Shown here piece by piece: positions 40,566-52,213 of a DNA stretch of 64,000 nucleotides. The stretch is taken from the NCBI GenBank assembly GCA_964016885.1, contig OZ024743.1, forward strand, positions 177,010,001 through 177,074,000. The letters are read 5' to 3'. The stretch's first letter is position 1; each line of letters begins with the position of its first letter. The stretch comes from Eledone cirrhosa. Taxonomy: Eukaryota. The notes under the pieces were generated by a model that made no database searches, was not told where the DNA came from, and worked only from the letters and a program-made list of their open reading frames with translations. Made by a program: the position numbers and the translations under genes.

Positions 40566-40684
40566 TTGGATTGCGTTTGGGGGTTGGGGGCGGTGGGCGA
40601 TGGGGTTATGTTAGCCGTCCGCGGTCGAAACAATGAGTGCTCGCATTCTCGTCCAAGAGGTGAATTTGTCTTTATCTTTGGCAT
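40544..40684 (-). CDS. Putative short RTE ORF1 (46 aa) overlapping the ORF2 start
   Basis: ATG at 40684 gives MPKIKTNSPLGRECEHSLFRPRTANITPSPTAPNPQTQSKTSELVP*. ORF2 has no ATG before its first APE motif. Short overlapping ORF1s are known in RTE elements. Confidence 0.45.
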   Translation of the reverse strand: MPKIKTNSPLGRECEHSLFRPRTANITPSPTAPNPQTQSKTSELVP

Positions 40685-40912
40685 TGTCGCTTGAGCGTCC
40701 AGATTTTTCTCTCTCTCTCCTCCACTCTCCAGGATTCCGCAGTCCATCCATCCATCATATGTCGAAAGGCAACCAGGCAAGCGATAGTATAGGCCTCTGG
40801 CTTCTGATTGGTCCGCGTAATAATACTGGTGATGCGTGGGGGCTCTGTTTTATGATTGGTCCACGTAATAGCAATGGTGGTGCGTGGGGGTGGGAGGGAG
40901 GGGTGTTGGGTA

Positions 40913-41664
40913 GCTAGATAGAAGGTAATGATTGAATGGGGTCCTTGCATTTAACAAGCGATTAACAAAAATACAAAATTTGTTCTGTTCAATACGACCA
41001 AAAACTTTCGTATTTAACAATTAATAAAAACAAAAAATGTAGTTTGTTTTAGCGATAGATTGGCTATTTGGACTTGATACGAAATATGGATTGTTTTGAA
41101 AATACGCTAGAATTAGAATTAAAATACGCTAGAATTAGGATTTGTGGAGGAAGAGAAATGAAATCTGTACATTACGTTACATGAATATCGTGGGGTAGAG
41201 ACAGCAAGCAATGAAATTTGGCGAAGTGAATTCCTATCATATATATATATAGAGAGAGAGAGAGAGGGGGGGGGTGGCCGCATGATGGTTGTGTGTGTTA
41301 GGCGTTTGACCGCCCCATGCCTTCGAAGAAGGAAGAAGGAAAGGATTTTGTTTTTTTTGTTTTGAAGATACGCTAGAATTAGGGATTGAGGTTTGAAAAT
41401 ACGTTAGGAATTAAGGTTTGAAAATACGCTAGATAGAAGGTAATGATTGAATGGGGTCCTTGCATTTAACAAGCGATTAACAAAAATACAAAATTTGTTC
41501 TGTTCAATACGACCAAAAACTTTCGTATTTAACAATTAATAAAAACAAAAAATGTAGTTTGTTTTAGCGATAGATTGGCTATTTGGACTTGATACGAAAT
41601 ATGGATTGTTTTGAAAATACGCTAGAATTAGAATTAAAATACGCTAGAATTAGGATTTGTGGAG
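40913..41664. repeat. Two identical-looking 237-bp direct repeats (40913-41149 and 41428-41664) with a recurring AATACGCTAGAATTAG motif
   Basis: GCTAGATAGAAGGTAATG...GGATTTGTGGAG twice, 515 bp apart. Confidence 0.92.
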
Positions 41665-42007
41665 ATATATATGTATAAATATATATATTCCATTATTTTT
41701 TCCACTGCCTTTGCCCTGTGTCCCACCATTTTGGATATATATATATATATCCAAAATATACATACACACACACACATCGCAGTGAGATTATTTATTCAGA
41801 ACTTGAAATTCAATAGCTGTCAATGCCATATATCTAAAAGTTCAATAGTTGAGAAATTCAGTTATAATATTGATCTCACACACATACATATACACACACA
41901 CACATATACATATATACACACACACACACACACACATATATACACACACACACATACACATATATACACACACACACACACATATATATACACACACACA
42001 CACATAT

Positions 42008-42062
<55 letters not shown>

Positions 42063-43244
42063 TGGGTGAGGTAAGCAAGGAAAAATACTATTTTGTTTTT
42101 CTTTGTTTACATTTTGTGTTGTTTTTGTTTTTGTTTATTTGTATGTTTGTTAATTTGCTGCTGTTGTTTAGTTCTCCAACAGCTGCAATTACTCATCAAA
42201 TGCAAACCATTAATATTGGGTTTTTAAACGAAAACAATCTCGACAGAGAAGTCTAAGTATAATTATATACAAGAAATGAATATCACATTCTCTGTATGGT
42301 GTTATGTAGTAGATGTTGTTGTTTAGCCCTAGATCAACCCTGATTGAACAAATGTGAGATTAATTCTTAATACTAGGTGAATGAATGCCAGGTGATGCTA
42401 ATGGAAGGAAGCTGCAGTAGAGGAAAACCAAGAAAAACTTGAGCAGAATTGATTAGTTAGAGCTGCTCACAAAATACTGAACCACCCTCACAGGGGAAAG
42501 AACAAAGGATCTCTACAAATGAAGGAAATATGTGCTGGAAAGGACATGCCCAACTCATGAAAGCTGGCATATGATGGTGATGATTCTGTAATAATCTATC
42601 AGAAAACAGGTTTGTTAATTCAAATGTTTATAGTATCTTTATTAGTGAATAGATCATTTTGGAAATATTCAGTATTACACTACAGACATTAATTCTTAAT
42701 GTGATGCACTCATATCTCTGTTTTGTACTTGTCAAGGATGTCAGCTAATCTCTACTATGGAGTACTCATTTTTACAGCCATCTATATTCAACAGATATAT
42801 ATGAATGATTACAAGATAGGGTGTTATTTTTTTATATTGTAATGAATTCAATATATTAATATATACATATCATCATCATTGTTTAAAATCTATTTTTCCA
42901 TGCTAGCGTGGGCTAGACGAGTCGTCCTGTTGTGAGGCAGGCTAGATCAAGTGATTGTATCTTGCTCATACAGAACTGATTTCAGCTTGGTTTCTACGGC
43001 TGGATGCCCTTCCTAATGCCAATCACATTTACAGTGTGTACTGGGTACTTTTTGTCGTGACACTTACACAACCACTTTATAGTGTCGACTGGGTGCTTTT
43101 TTATCGTGACACCTACACAAACATTTTACAGTGTGGACTGGGTACTTTTTGTTGTGACACCTACTGGGCTAGGTGCTTATCGTCGTGAGACCTACACAAC
43201 TATATATGGTCTGGGTACTCTCTCTCTATATATATATATCATCA

Positions 43245-43840
43245 TCATCACCGTTTTACGTCCGTTCTTCCACGCTAGCATGGGTTAGACGGGTTGTCCT
43301 GATGTGGGCAGTGTCTGGTCGGCTGACCTTGTCTTGCTCATGCGGGAACTGATTCTGGCTTGATTTCTACAGCTGGATGCCCTTCCTAACACCAACCTCA
43401 TTTACAGTGAGTGCTGGGTGCTTTTTTTCCATGGCGCCTACACGTCCACTTTACAGTGTGGGCTGGGTGCTTTTTTGCCGTGGCACCTCCACGACCACTT
43501 TGCAGTGGGAGGGTGTGGGGGCATATTGTCTATATGCTTCAGCTTCTGCTTGTTGTACCCGTGGGGGGTTGGGTCTTCTGTATTACTGCGTGATGCCAGA
43601 GATCACGGTCGTGTATCATCGCCTTTCAGAGGTATAATTGGGTAAGGTCGGCTTTTATCACCTCATCCCAGGTCTTCTTGGGTCTCCCCACTCCGCGGTT
43701 TCTATCAACTTCTAGTGCTCTGCACCTTTTTATTCAACTGTCATTCTTCATACGCATCACATGTCCATACCAACGCAACCGCTTCTTCTGCACACAGCAT
43801 TTGATTCCTCTTATCAATTCATTTATTCTTTGCCGTTCGG
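43245..43840 (-). mobile_element. 3' fragment of a second RTE subfamily
   Basis: RLRWYGHVMRMKNDS...GVGRPKKTW on the minus strand, (GAT)n tail. Homologous to 57170-57748. Confidence 0.85.
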
Positions 43841-44130
43841 CAAATATATATATAAACGTTTGTATATGTATAATAAAGCCAAAACAATGCAGGTATGGAC
43901 ATAGAATAAAGAATGCAAATGCAAAAGATATTGTTGACAATTAGTCTTTTACCTTAGATTTATTTAAATGTCCTTAATTTTCGAGATAATATCTCTTCTT
44001 CGGAGGGAAGTAAAGCGGTTAAACCAGTGTTCTAAATAGCTTGCCAAGTCATGCTGACAGGGAATGGTATAGAGTATCTGTTCTATCTCTAATGTCAAAG
44101 AGTTAAGGTTAGGTGGATAAAGAGTAGTCT

Positions 44131-44398
44131 CTTGATTTCTACAGCTGGATGCCCTTCCTAACATCAACCTCATTTACAGTGAGTGCTGGGTGCTTTTTTG
44201 CCGTGGCACCTCCACGACCACTTTGCAGTGGAATGATAGGGACCCCAGTCCCTATCATCTCATTTCTACAGCTGAGTAAACTGGAGCAATGTGAAATAAA
44301 GTGTCTTGCTCAAGGAAACAACACATCACCCGGTCTGAGAATTGAAATCACAACCTTTCGATTGCAAGGCCAATGCTCTAACCACTAAACCATGTGCC
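44131..44398 (-). mobile_element. tRNA-derived SINE (family A), 3'-incomplete
   Basis: Reverse-complement match to 52214-52558. Confidence 0.85.
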
Positions 44399-44411
44399 TC
44401 CATGTGCCTCT

Positions 44412-46860
44412 ATCTTAACTGTTATTGTTTTGTCGGTGATTTTGCATTTAACTAGGTGTTTCTTAAATGAGGAAGCGATAGTATTGAGGTGTTCTTTTAT
44501 TCTTATGTGGAGTGGTCTGGTGGTGCCACCTACGTTGCTGCATTTGTCGCACTCTAGTCTGTATACGACGTAAGCCTGGTGGCATAGGTCTGTGTCGTTG
44601 ATGGGGCAGTTGGCTAGCCTGCAGCGGTTGTCATGTCTGGTGAAGTGTCTTTTGGTTAGCTGGCCACGTAGAGAAGGACCTGAGTGGGCCAGTTGGATAT
44701 CTAGTCCCTCTCGTTTGATAGCTCTGCGGATGGCTGTTGTTGTTTCGTCACTGAAGTGTGGGAGCCTCGGATGTGGTGTCCTCTGTTCTTTCTGGTACGG
44801 TTTGTGGTGGATGTCGTGTATCCATTCAGTTTGAGTACTTCCAGGAAATGTGTGGTGTGTGTGTCTCGGTCTCTAGCGTCGGTGCATTTGTTCCGGATAC
44901 ATGTTAGTTCATTCCTTATGTATCCAAACTTAGTGCCGGCTGGGAAGGCCGATCTGAAATGTACGAACAGGTCCCTGCTGGCGGCTTTTTTATAGAAGCA
45001 GGTGTGGATGTTGCCTTCCTCTGTTACCCTGAGTTGGAAGTCCAGTAGGGATAGGGATCCGCGGTCATCGGGGTGTTCCATGCTGAACTTTATACTGGCG
45101 TCCATGCTGGAGAATGTTGTGTATATTTTATCCGCCTCCTCACTGGATGATGTAAGGATAAGTATGTCATCTACATATCGGGTGAAGAAGGTATGGGAAT
45201 GGCAGGTGTTGAGGGCTTCTCATTCTAGCTGGTTCATATAGGTGATGGCCAGCAGGCCCGATAGGCTGGAAACCATGGGTAATCCTGTTGTCTGTCTGTA
45301 TGTGTGGTGGTGGAAGGTGAAGTACGTGTTGTCCACTGTGAAGGACAAAAGCTGGTGTATGTCCGTCGGATGGATGCCGTAGCAGTGGATGTCCTCTGCA
45401 ACCAAGCAGTCCGTCAATAAATCGACAGCTGGATGAGCGGGGACTGTAGTGTAGAGGGAGACAACGTGGAGGCTAAAGGCGTATCTATTTAGTTTAAGTT
45501 GTTCTGGCTGCAGTTGGTGCAGTCTACGTATGACTTCGTCGGAGCTACTGACATGCCCGGGAAAGGTGGAGAGTAGAGGCTTGAGGACCTGGGAGAGGAG
45601 CCAGGAAATTTTGTATAGGGGTCCTTCTATGCTAGAGACGATGGGTCTTATTTGTGTCTTAGTACTATTCTTGTGGGTCTTGATGAGGTGGTAGAAAGTG
45701 GGCAGTCTGCTATTTCTAGTGGTGTAGTTGAGCTTAACTTTATTTGGGAGTTGTCTTCTCCTACAGATGTCGAACCAGATGGAGTTGGTCTGTTTTTCGG
45801 TCTGGGCTGCAGTCATGTCCGGGATCTCTGTATATAGTACATTGTCGCTTAGGTGTTCAAAGGCTAGGTTGTTGTATGTGGCTTGAGAGATAACGCAAAA
45901 CTCTTTACCTTTGTCGGATGGTAAGTATATAAGTTCCCTATTCCGTAGGTTCTTCAGGGTGAGTTGTGTCCTAGAGAGGTTTGGGGCTATCTTCTTCTGT
46001 TTCCGTAAGATGTTAAATACGGAATGTTTTAGCCTCGAGAGTTTTTCTTCAAGCTCGCGGTTGGCAGGCGGTGGACAGAGTGGGCGATCCAGTTGGTATA
46101 TCGGGAATCTAGGTTTGTTAGATTCCGTGGTGTTGTTGCCGAGAGTCGATATCCATTTTAGTTGGTAGGCAGCCCGACAGAAATTCGAGCCATAATTTGT
46201 CGTCCAGTCTCTGTTTCAATATGAACTTGGGACCCAGGCTGAGGAGGTCTAATTCCTCTCGGGAGAGGGATCCTGTCAAGTCTGTGACAAGGTGTTTTGC
46301 GTCAGGTGTGTTGTTGGTCGGGGCGCCGCTAGGTTCGGTGTTGGTACCGTCTTGTTCGCATCTGTTGGTGCTTAGAGTTGGGATGTTGTTAAGACGGTTA
46401 GCTGTGTTGAGTTTGAGAAATTTTTGCGTTAGGGGTATTTTCTCGTAGTCTCGGCGATGGTGGTATGTCCTGTCTATAGCGGCGGAGATAACTCTGGACA
46501 GAGGTTCTGGGGTTTCAGCGAGTTGTGGTACAAGGCTGGAAATAGTCCGTATGTGTTGTTGTAGCGTGCAGTGTAGGTGTTGTATGAGTTTTCTTAGGCA
46601 GAATTTTTGTATGTAGCTAAGTGATCGTTTGAGGCCTGGTGATTTGAAGCATGTTGGTAGGTGCAAGATTTTGATGAATATATAAATATTTAATATAGAA
46701 AAGGCTTCTACAGGACTAGAACTGTTTCATTCGGGAGAAATCGTCAGGAATATTTATACTCTGCTTTGTATTGAGTACTTTACTTACTGTGGTTACCCCC
46801 GATTGAACCCGGGATAAACTTATATATCTACCTGGCGAATTCTTTCAAATCCGGATTTGG
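44412..46860 (-). mobile_element. Decayed Penelope-like element (N-terminus, RT, GIY-YIG) with an upstream hammerhead
   Basis: LSREELDLLSLGPKF; PTFYHLIKTHK...IRPIVSS...SLHVVSLYTTVP...YRQTTGLPM...RYVDDILI; VVYRLEC...GGTTRPLHIRIKEH. Frameshifts and stops present. Confidence 0.9.
46706..46750 (-). ncRNA. Hammerhead ribozyme 5' of the PLE ORF
   Basis: TTC-CTGACGA-tTTC-tccc-GAAt-GAAA-CAG...CTG-TA-GAA on the minus strand. Confidence 0.65.
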
Positions 46861-46869
46861 GCACCATGG

Positions 46870-47655
46870 CCCACTCAAGTAGAGAGTTATTGTTTACAGA
46901 GGCATATCTGGGTGTAGGAGGCTTATCCAGGATTTCTTGAAGGAATTTGTCCAAAGATTTCTTGAACTTGATGGGGTCTGTTTCTGTTTTTATATGTTTT
47001 GGTGTAATGTTAAAGAGAGCGGGGCCAATTGAGGTGAAATAATTGTGCCGTATTGTTGTTATGAGATGCGAGTGAAATTTTTGTCATGGGCGGATAGCAC
47101 GGGGCCCAAGCCTTGAGTGTACCTTAAAGGTGATGCCAACATCATTTGGGCAAAGCTGATGGAATATTTTTCACATCATGCAGATAATGTAGCGCTCATG
47201 GTGACGTTGGAGAGAATAAAGGTTGAGCTTTTCTAATCGACTCCAACAGTCAAGGCCTGTCATGCCATCTATCTTTTTATAATTGATCTTTGCGGTGTTT
47301 CAACTTTCATGATACTTTGTTTCATGTGAATAGACCACAGTGGACAATGGTATTCAAGGTGGGGTTGGGCAAAAGTGGAGAAGAGAAGGATAACAGTGTG
47401 GATATCTCTCGACTGGAAAGTTTTGAGAATCCAGGAACAAATTCTGCGAGCCATGTTAACTTTGCTGTTTATATCAGTGGCCCAGCTTATGTTGTTGTCC
47501 ACAATTACTTCCAAGTCTCTGATGTTGTCGGATGCCACAAGAGTTTCACCTGAAGGAAGAGAGTATGGGAGTTTCAGGGCATCCTCTTTTCCAAAGTAGA
47601 TTAACTCAAAGTTATCCTCATTCAGCAGCATATTGTTCTTTTCTGCCCATAGACA
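46870..47655 (-). mobile_element. Decayed CR1/L2-group LINE RT C-terminal fragment
   Basis: WAEKNNMLLNEDNFELIYFG...IRDLEVIVDNNISW...PHLEYHCPLWS. Confidence 0.8.
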
Positions 47656-48148
47656 CACATTATCATCATTTTAAACCTGCTTTTCCCTGCTTGCAAGGGT
47701 TGGACGGGTCCTATTCTGCACAGCATCTCTCCACTTGTCACGGTCCTTCGTCATTTCCATATTACGTCCACACAGTCACACACGCATACACACAATTCCA
47801 TATATGCCCACATGTGGATACACACACGCGGACACAGGGTCAAAAGTCACCTCTAGAGGTGGGGAGAGAGGTAAGTAGTAATAATAGGCACGTCCTATTT
47901 ACATGCGGTATTTAGCACTGACTCATATATATATACATGTGTGTATATAAATATATACATTGTGTGTATATATATATGAAAATTTTAGTAAGTTAATTTT
48001 TAATTTTTTTTTTTATTTTCTTATTTTACGTCTTTCATATAATTGTTCTGCATCCTCCTGCATTGAACCACCTAGGTACTATGACATAACTTATGTATTT
48101 GCTAGCATTAGTGTGCATCTGTACGCATATGTTGGTAGATATACTAAT

Positions 48149-48200
<52 letters not shown>

Positions 48201-48212
48201 TATATTACATAT

Positions 48213-48250
<38 letters not shown>

Positions 48251-48280
48251 CATATAGATATATATATATATATTACATAT

Positions 48281-48332
<52 letters not shown>

Positions 48333-48611
48333 CATATAGATATATATATATATATACACATATATAACGAAGGAAGTCTGGTAAGGAACCAGGTGGACCA
48401 TAACGCACCAGAGTACTCGATACTTTGGGTAGTAGAGTGGGTAATAGGAAAAAAGTGACGACCCCGACGGCAGAGCCCAAGCCGCTATGACGCCATTTCA
48501 GGACTAAATTTTAATTTAGTCCAAAAATAGCCACCAAAATGGCCTGAGCTCCACCGTCGGGGTCCTGACTCTCTCTTTTCCTATACATATATATTATGTA
48601 CATATATATCT

Positions 48612-48881
48612 TCATCATTTCATTTTACGTCCGCTTTTTCCCTGGTTGCAAGGGGATGGGAACTGATTCTGGCTTGATTTCTACAGCTGGATGCCCTTCC
48701 TAACACCAATCTCATTTACAGTGAGTGCTGGGTGCTTTGTTGCCGTGGTAGCTCCACGACCACTTTGCAGTGGAATGATAGGGACCCCAGTCCCTATCAT
48801 CTCATTTCTACAGCTGAGTAAACTGGAGCAATGTGAAATAAAGTGTCTTGCTCAAGGAAACAACACAGCACCCGGTCTGAG

Positions 48882-48882
<1 letters not shown>
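48612..48882 (-). mobile_element. SINE family A, 5'-truncated
   Basis: Reverse-complement match to the body and tail of 52214-52558. Confidence 0.85.
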
Positions 48883-48931
<49 letters not shown>

Positions 48932-49114
48932 TAGGATTAGCCTAGATGCAGTAATGGTTAATTACTACACTGGGTAGAGTTGACGTACGGTGAGAGGTTG
49001 CTCAATGAGTTATGGAAGAATTGTTGAAGGAACGTAGTTCCTGATCCTTCTGTATTCCGGAGTGTAGATAAAGAATGAATAATAACAGGTAATAAAAAGG
49101 TAATTTATTCTGTG

Positions 49115-49226
49115 TGCTTACAAATGTTTCCACGGTGGTTATACAGCCTAGTTATGCTATGTGCAAATTTATAACTATTTGCAAAACTCAATTATCAAAT
49201 GCTGTGACCACTGTATCATCAGAGCA
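49115..49226 (-). ncRNA. Type I hammerhead in a probable pLTR remnant (~48930-49326)
   Basis: TGCT-CTGATGA-tACAGTGGT...ACCACCGTg-GAAA-C-ATTT-G-TA-AGCA. Confidence 0.75.
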
Positions 49227-49320
49227 GAATGGTTAAAATGTAAAATGGAAATACCCTTAAGTGAGGTTATTGGGGAAGATAGAGTAGAAAAGGAATGATG
49301 TCTACCTGTTATTATTCATT

Positions 49321-49365
<45 letters not shown>

Positions 49366-50214
49366 CATACATATATATATATATACATATAAATTTTGAG
49401 TATATGTCGGTTGTTTATCGACACCTCAGTATGCAGATTGGAGCACTCAACGAAGTATCCAGGTTGGTTTGTTTACTCCAGAGTAATGTAAAATAATTAA
49501 GTCAAATATGTAAAATTTGGCTTCGTTTATTATAAATTATAGATATACTGCTATATATATTTCGGTGACAGCCATCATTGGCTGTGACCTCTTCAGGCAG
49601 TCAGAATTGGTGTTGAAAAGACAGGTACACATGTTATTGAAGTGTGTTTTACTCCATCAATACATCGATATGTCCAGCTCATGGTTGTGTTGTTATTCCT
49701 CTGAGGAACTAGAATCATATGGTTCCAGTGTGTGTGTAGTAGTGATATATGTATGTATTTAAGTGTGTATGTGTGTGTGTGTGTGGTAGTGATATATGTA
49801 TGTATTTAAGCGTGTGTCTTGTGTGGTAGTTGAAACGGTTGGAGCTCAACTGTCGGTGCGTTCTGGTCTGCCTGGTTTCCCACCATACCCTCTCTGTTAT
49901 ATGTACATATATATATGTGTATGTATATATATGATAAATCATGTCTTTAGAATCATCAGGTAAAATATATACTATTTCTTCTTCTAATTAGCATAATTAA
50001 CCATATAAAAAATCAATTAGAACAAGCTATAAGAATAAATGCTCTTATGGAGAAATCTCCGACAAATAACCGAACGTAGCCTCTTCGCGGTGGCCTCAAT
50101 TGAGTATTTATCCAACATTTCGACAGCATGTAGAAACTGACTAAATATACCATCAACCATACACAATTAGGTGTAAAATTAAACTTAGAAGAAATGCGCA
50201 CATACCGTAATTAT

Positions 50215-50292
50215 ATCTCTACCATGGTTTCTTCCTTATTTTTAGACATCCAAATAATAGGAATGTCCTGAGTTAGGATTCATCAGGAGACA
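50215..50292 (-). ncRNA. Type I hammerhead (mirror copy of 50768-50844)
   Basis: Reverse complement reads GTCTC-CTGATGA-aTCCT...AGGAa-GAAA-C-CATG-G-TA-GAGAT. Confidence 0.78.
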
Positions 50293-50767
50293 AACTCAAA
50301 ATCACACATCTAGTTTTTCAATCCGATCCCGCCAAAAATAGATTCAAAAATGGCTAAGAATCGCTATGTGGCTGTGGTCAAGCCAGAAAGAATGTGATTG
50401 GTTGCTTACGGCGGGTAGGCTTGCTGCTAGAAAGCGCAGCCAAATATCGCCAAATTTAATCTCAACCTATCGGTAGATTATTAAATATAAAGGTTAACAT
50501 ATACATAGAGCTTAAAAGTGACCAGTTGCAACATGTATATATCTATAACTTTATGTATATGTTAACCTTTATATTTAATAATCTCCCGATAGGTTGAAAT
50601 TAAATTTGGCGATATTTGGCTGCGCTTTCTAGCAGCAAGCCTACCCGCCGTAAGCAACCAATCACATTCTTTCTGGCTTGACCACAGCCACATAGCGATT
50701 CTTAGCCATTTTTGAATCTATTTTTGGCGGGATCGGATTGAAAAACTAGATGTCTGATTTTGAGTTT

Positions 50768-50844
50768 GTCTCCTGATGAATCCCAACTCAGGACATTCTT
50801 ATTATTTGGATGTCTAAAAATAAGGAAGAAACCATGGTAGAGAT
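50768..50844 (+). ncRNA. Type I hammerhead; predicted cleavage after GUA at 50839
   Basis: GTCTC/GAGAT stem I, CTGATGA at 50773, GACATTC/GGATGTC stem II extension, GAAA at 50828, palindromic CCATGG stem III. Confidence 0.75.
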
Positions 50845-51248
50845 ATAATTACGGTATGTGCGCATTTCTTCTAAGTTTAATTTTACACCTAATTGTGTAT
50901 GGTTGATGGTATATTTAATCAGTTTCTGCATGCTGTCGAAATGTTGGATAAATACTCAATTGAGGCCGCCGCGAAGAGGCTACGTTTGGTTATTTGTCGG
51001 AGATTTCTCCATAAGAGCATTTATTCTTATAGCTTGTTCTAATTGATTTTTTATATGGTTAATTATGCTAATTAGAAGAAATAGTATATATTTTATCTGA
51101 TGATTCTAAAGACATGATTTATGATATATTGCTCTGATTTTTTAATTTATTAATTCTTCATAGAGCTTAAAAGTGACCAGTTGCAACATGTATATATCTA
51201 TAACTTTATGTATATGTTAACCTTTATATATATATATATATATATATA

Positions 51249-51690
51249 CTAGCAACAGTACCCAGCGTTGCCTGGGTAGGTAAAATAATATCTGCTTTGA
51301 TGAAAAGGTGTTGATCTTAGCGACTGCGACTTCTTGAAAATCGGTTGTAAGGTGTAGCAAATGGCGAAATGTTGAGTGAAATTGTATGGAATATGTGGGA
51401 GGTGGAAAACAATTCTATTTTGAAGAATTAAACGGCTGCCACGCCATCCCTGAACGAAAAATGCAAAGTGTAAAGCTACTATAAGATGTGCAATGATAGG
51501 TTCTATCATAGTATAAAAGTTGAACCAAATAAATTGATTTAAGTGTGAGGTGGAGCCGAAGTTTCGAATTTGAATGAAATCGGTTGAAAAATAGAGCCGA
51601 AAAGGTGGAAATTTGAGCGAAAAGGTGGTATTTTCGAATATTTAAGCGGCTGCCATGCCAAAAAATCCCCAAAATCCAAAATATGTATAT
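51249..51690 (-). mobile_element. Probable non-autonomous Helitron
   Basis: The minus-strand end has hairpin ACCCAG-gcaacg-CTGGGT followed 7 nt later by CTAG|T, the classical Helitron 3' terminus. The 5' boundary is uncertain. Confidence 0.6.
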
Positions 51691-51744
51691 ATATATATAG
51701 ATATATATATATATATACATATATACATATACACATTCAAACAC

Positions 51745-52112
51745 ATCATCATCATCATCCTTTTACGTCTGCTTTTCCCTGCTTGCATGGGTTGGACGGG
51801 TCCTATTCAGCACAGCATCCCTCCACTTGTCACGGTCCTTTTGTCATCTCCTCGGTGAGATTCAGCGATCTGAGGTCAGCCCTCACCACCTCCGCCCATG
51901 TTTCACGCAGTCTAACTCTACTGCGTCTTCCTTCTACTGGGATTTTTCGGCACTTCTTTACCCAGCGGTCATCCTCCATGCGCATCACATGTCCATACCA
52001 TCTCAGCCTTCTCTCCTGCACACCACAACTTATCTCTCTTATACCCAGTTTTTTTCTCAACTCTTCTATGCTTGGTCATTAATGCACATTGGCATTGCAC
52101 ATCCAATGGAGC
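51745..52112 (-). mobile_element. 3' fragment of a third RTE subfamily (its tail also occurs at ~47662-47753)
   Basis: KKLGIREISCGVQERRLRWYGHVMRMEDDRWVKKC and a (GAT)n tail. Confidence 0.85.
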
Positions 52113-52213
52113 ACACATATACATATATATATACACACACATATAGATACACATATGTTGATATACGTGTGTATATATATATATATATACATGTGTGTGT
52201 GTAATTATATATA

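Larger units (their letters stand above)
37132..40912 (-). mobile_element. Near full-length RTE-clade LINE (5' end may extend to 41664)
   Basis: APE and RT in one frame, 3' UTR and (GAT)n tail abutting (TA)n, and a short overlapping upstream ORF. Confidence 0.96.
49934..51227. mobile_element. Non-coding 655-bp hammerhead-bearing unit in a head-to-head arrangement: inverted arm 49934-50507, full unit 50504-51158, start of the next unit 51159-51227
   Basis: Arms are reverse complements with scattered substitutions. CATAGAGCTTAAAAGTGACC...GTTAACCTTT recurs at 50504 and 51159. (TA)n flanks. Confidence 0.9.

Noticed and set aside
36090-47655. The two CR1/L2 fragments as halves of one interrupted element
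   Set aside because: On the minus strand the RT C-terminal piece lies upstream of the APE/RT N-terminal piece, so they are not colinear.
50013-51046. Mirror 62-aa ORFs in the 655-bp element
   Set aside because: GTG start, no domain, and they are a by-product of the inverted repeat.
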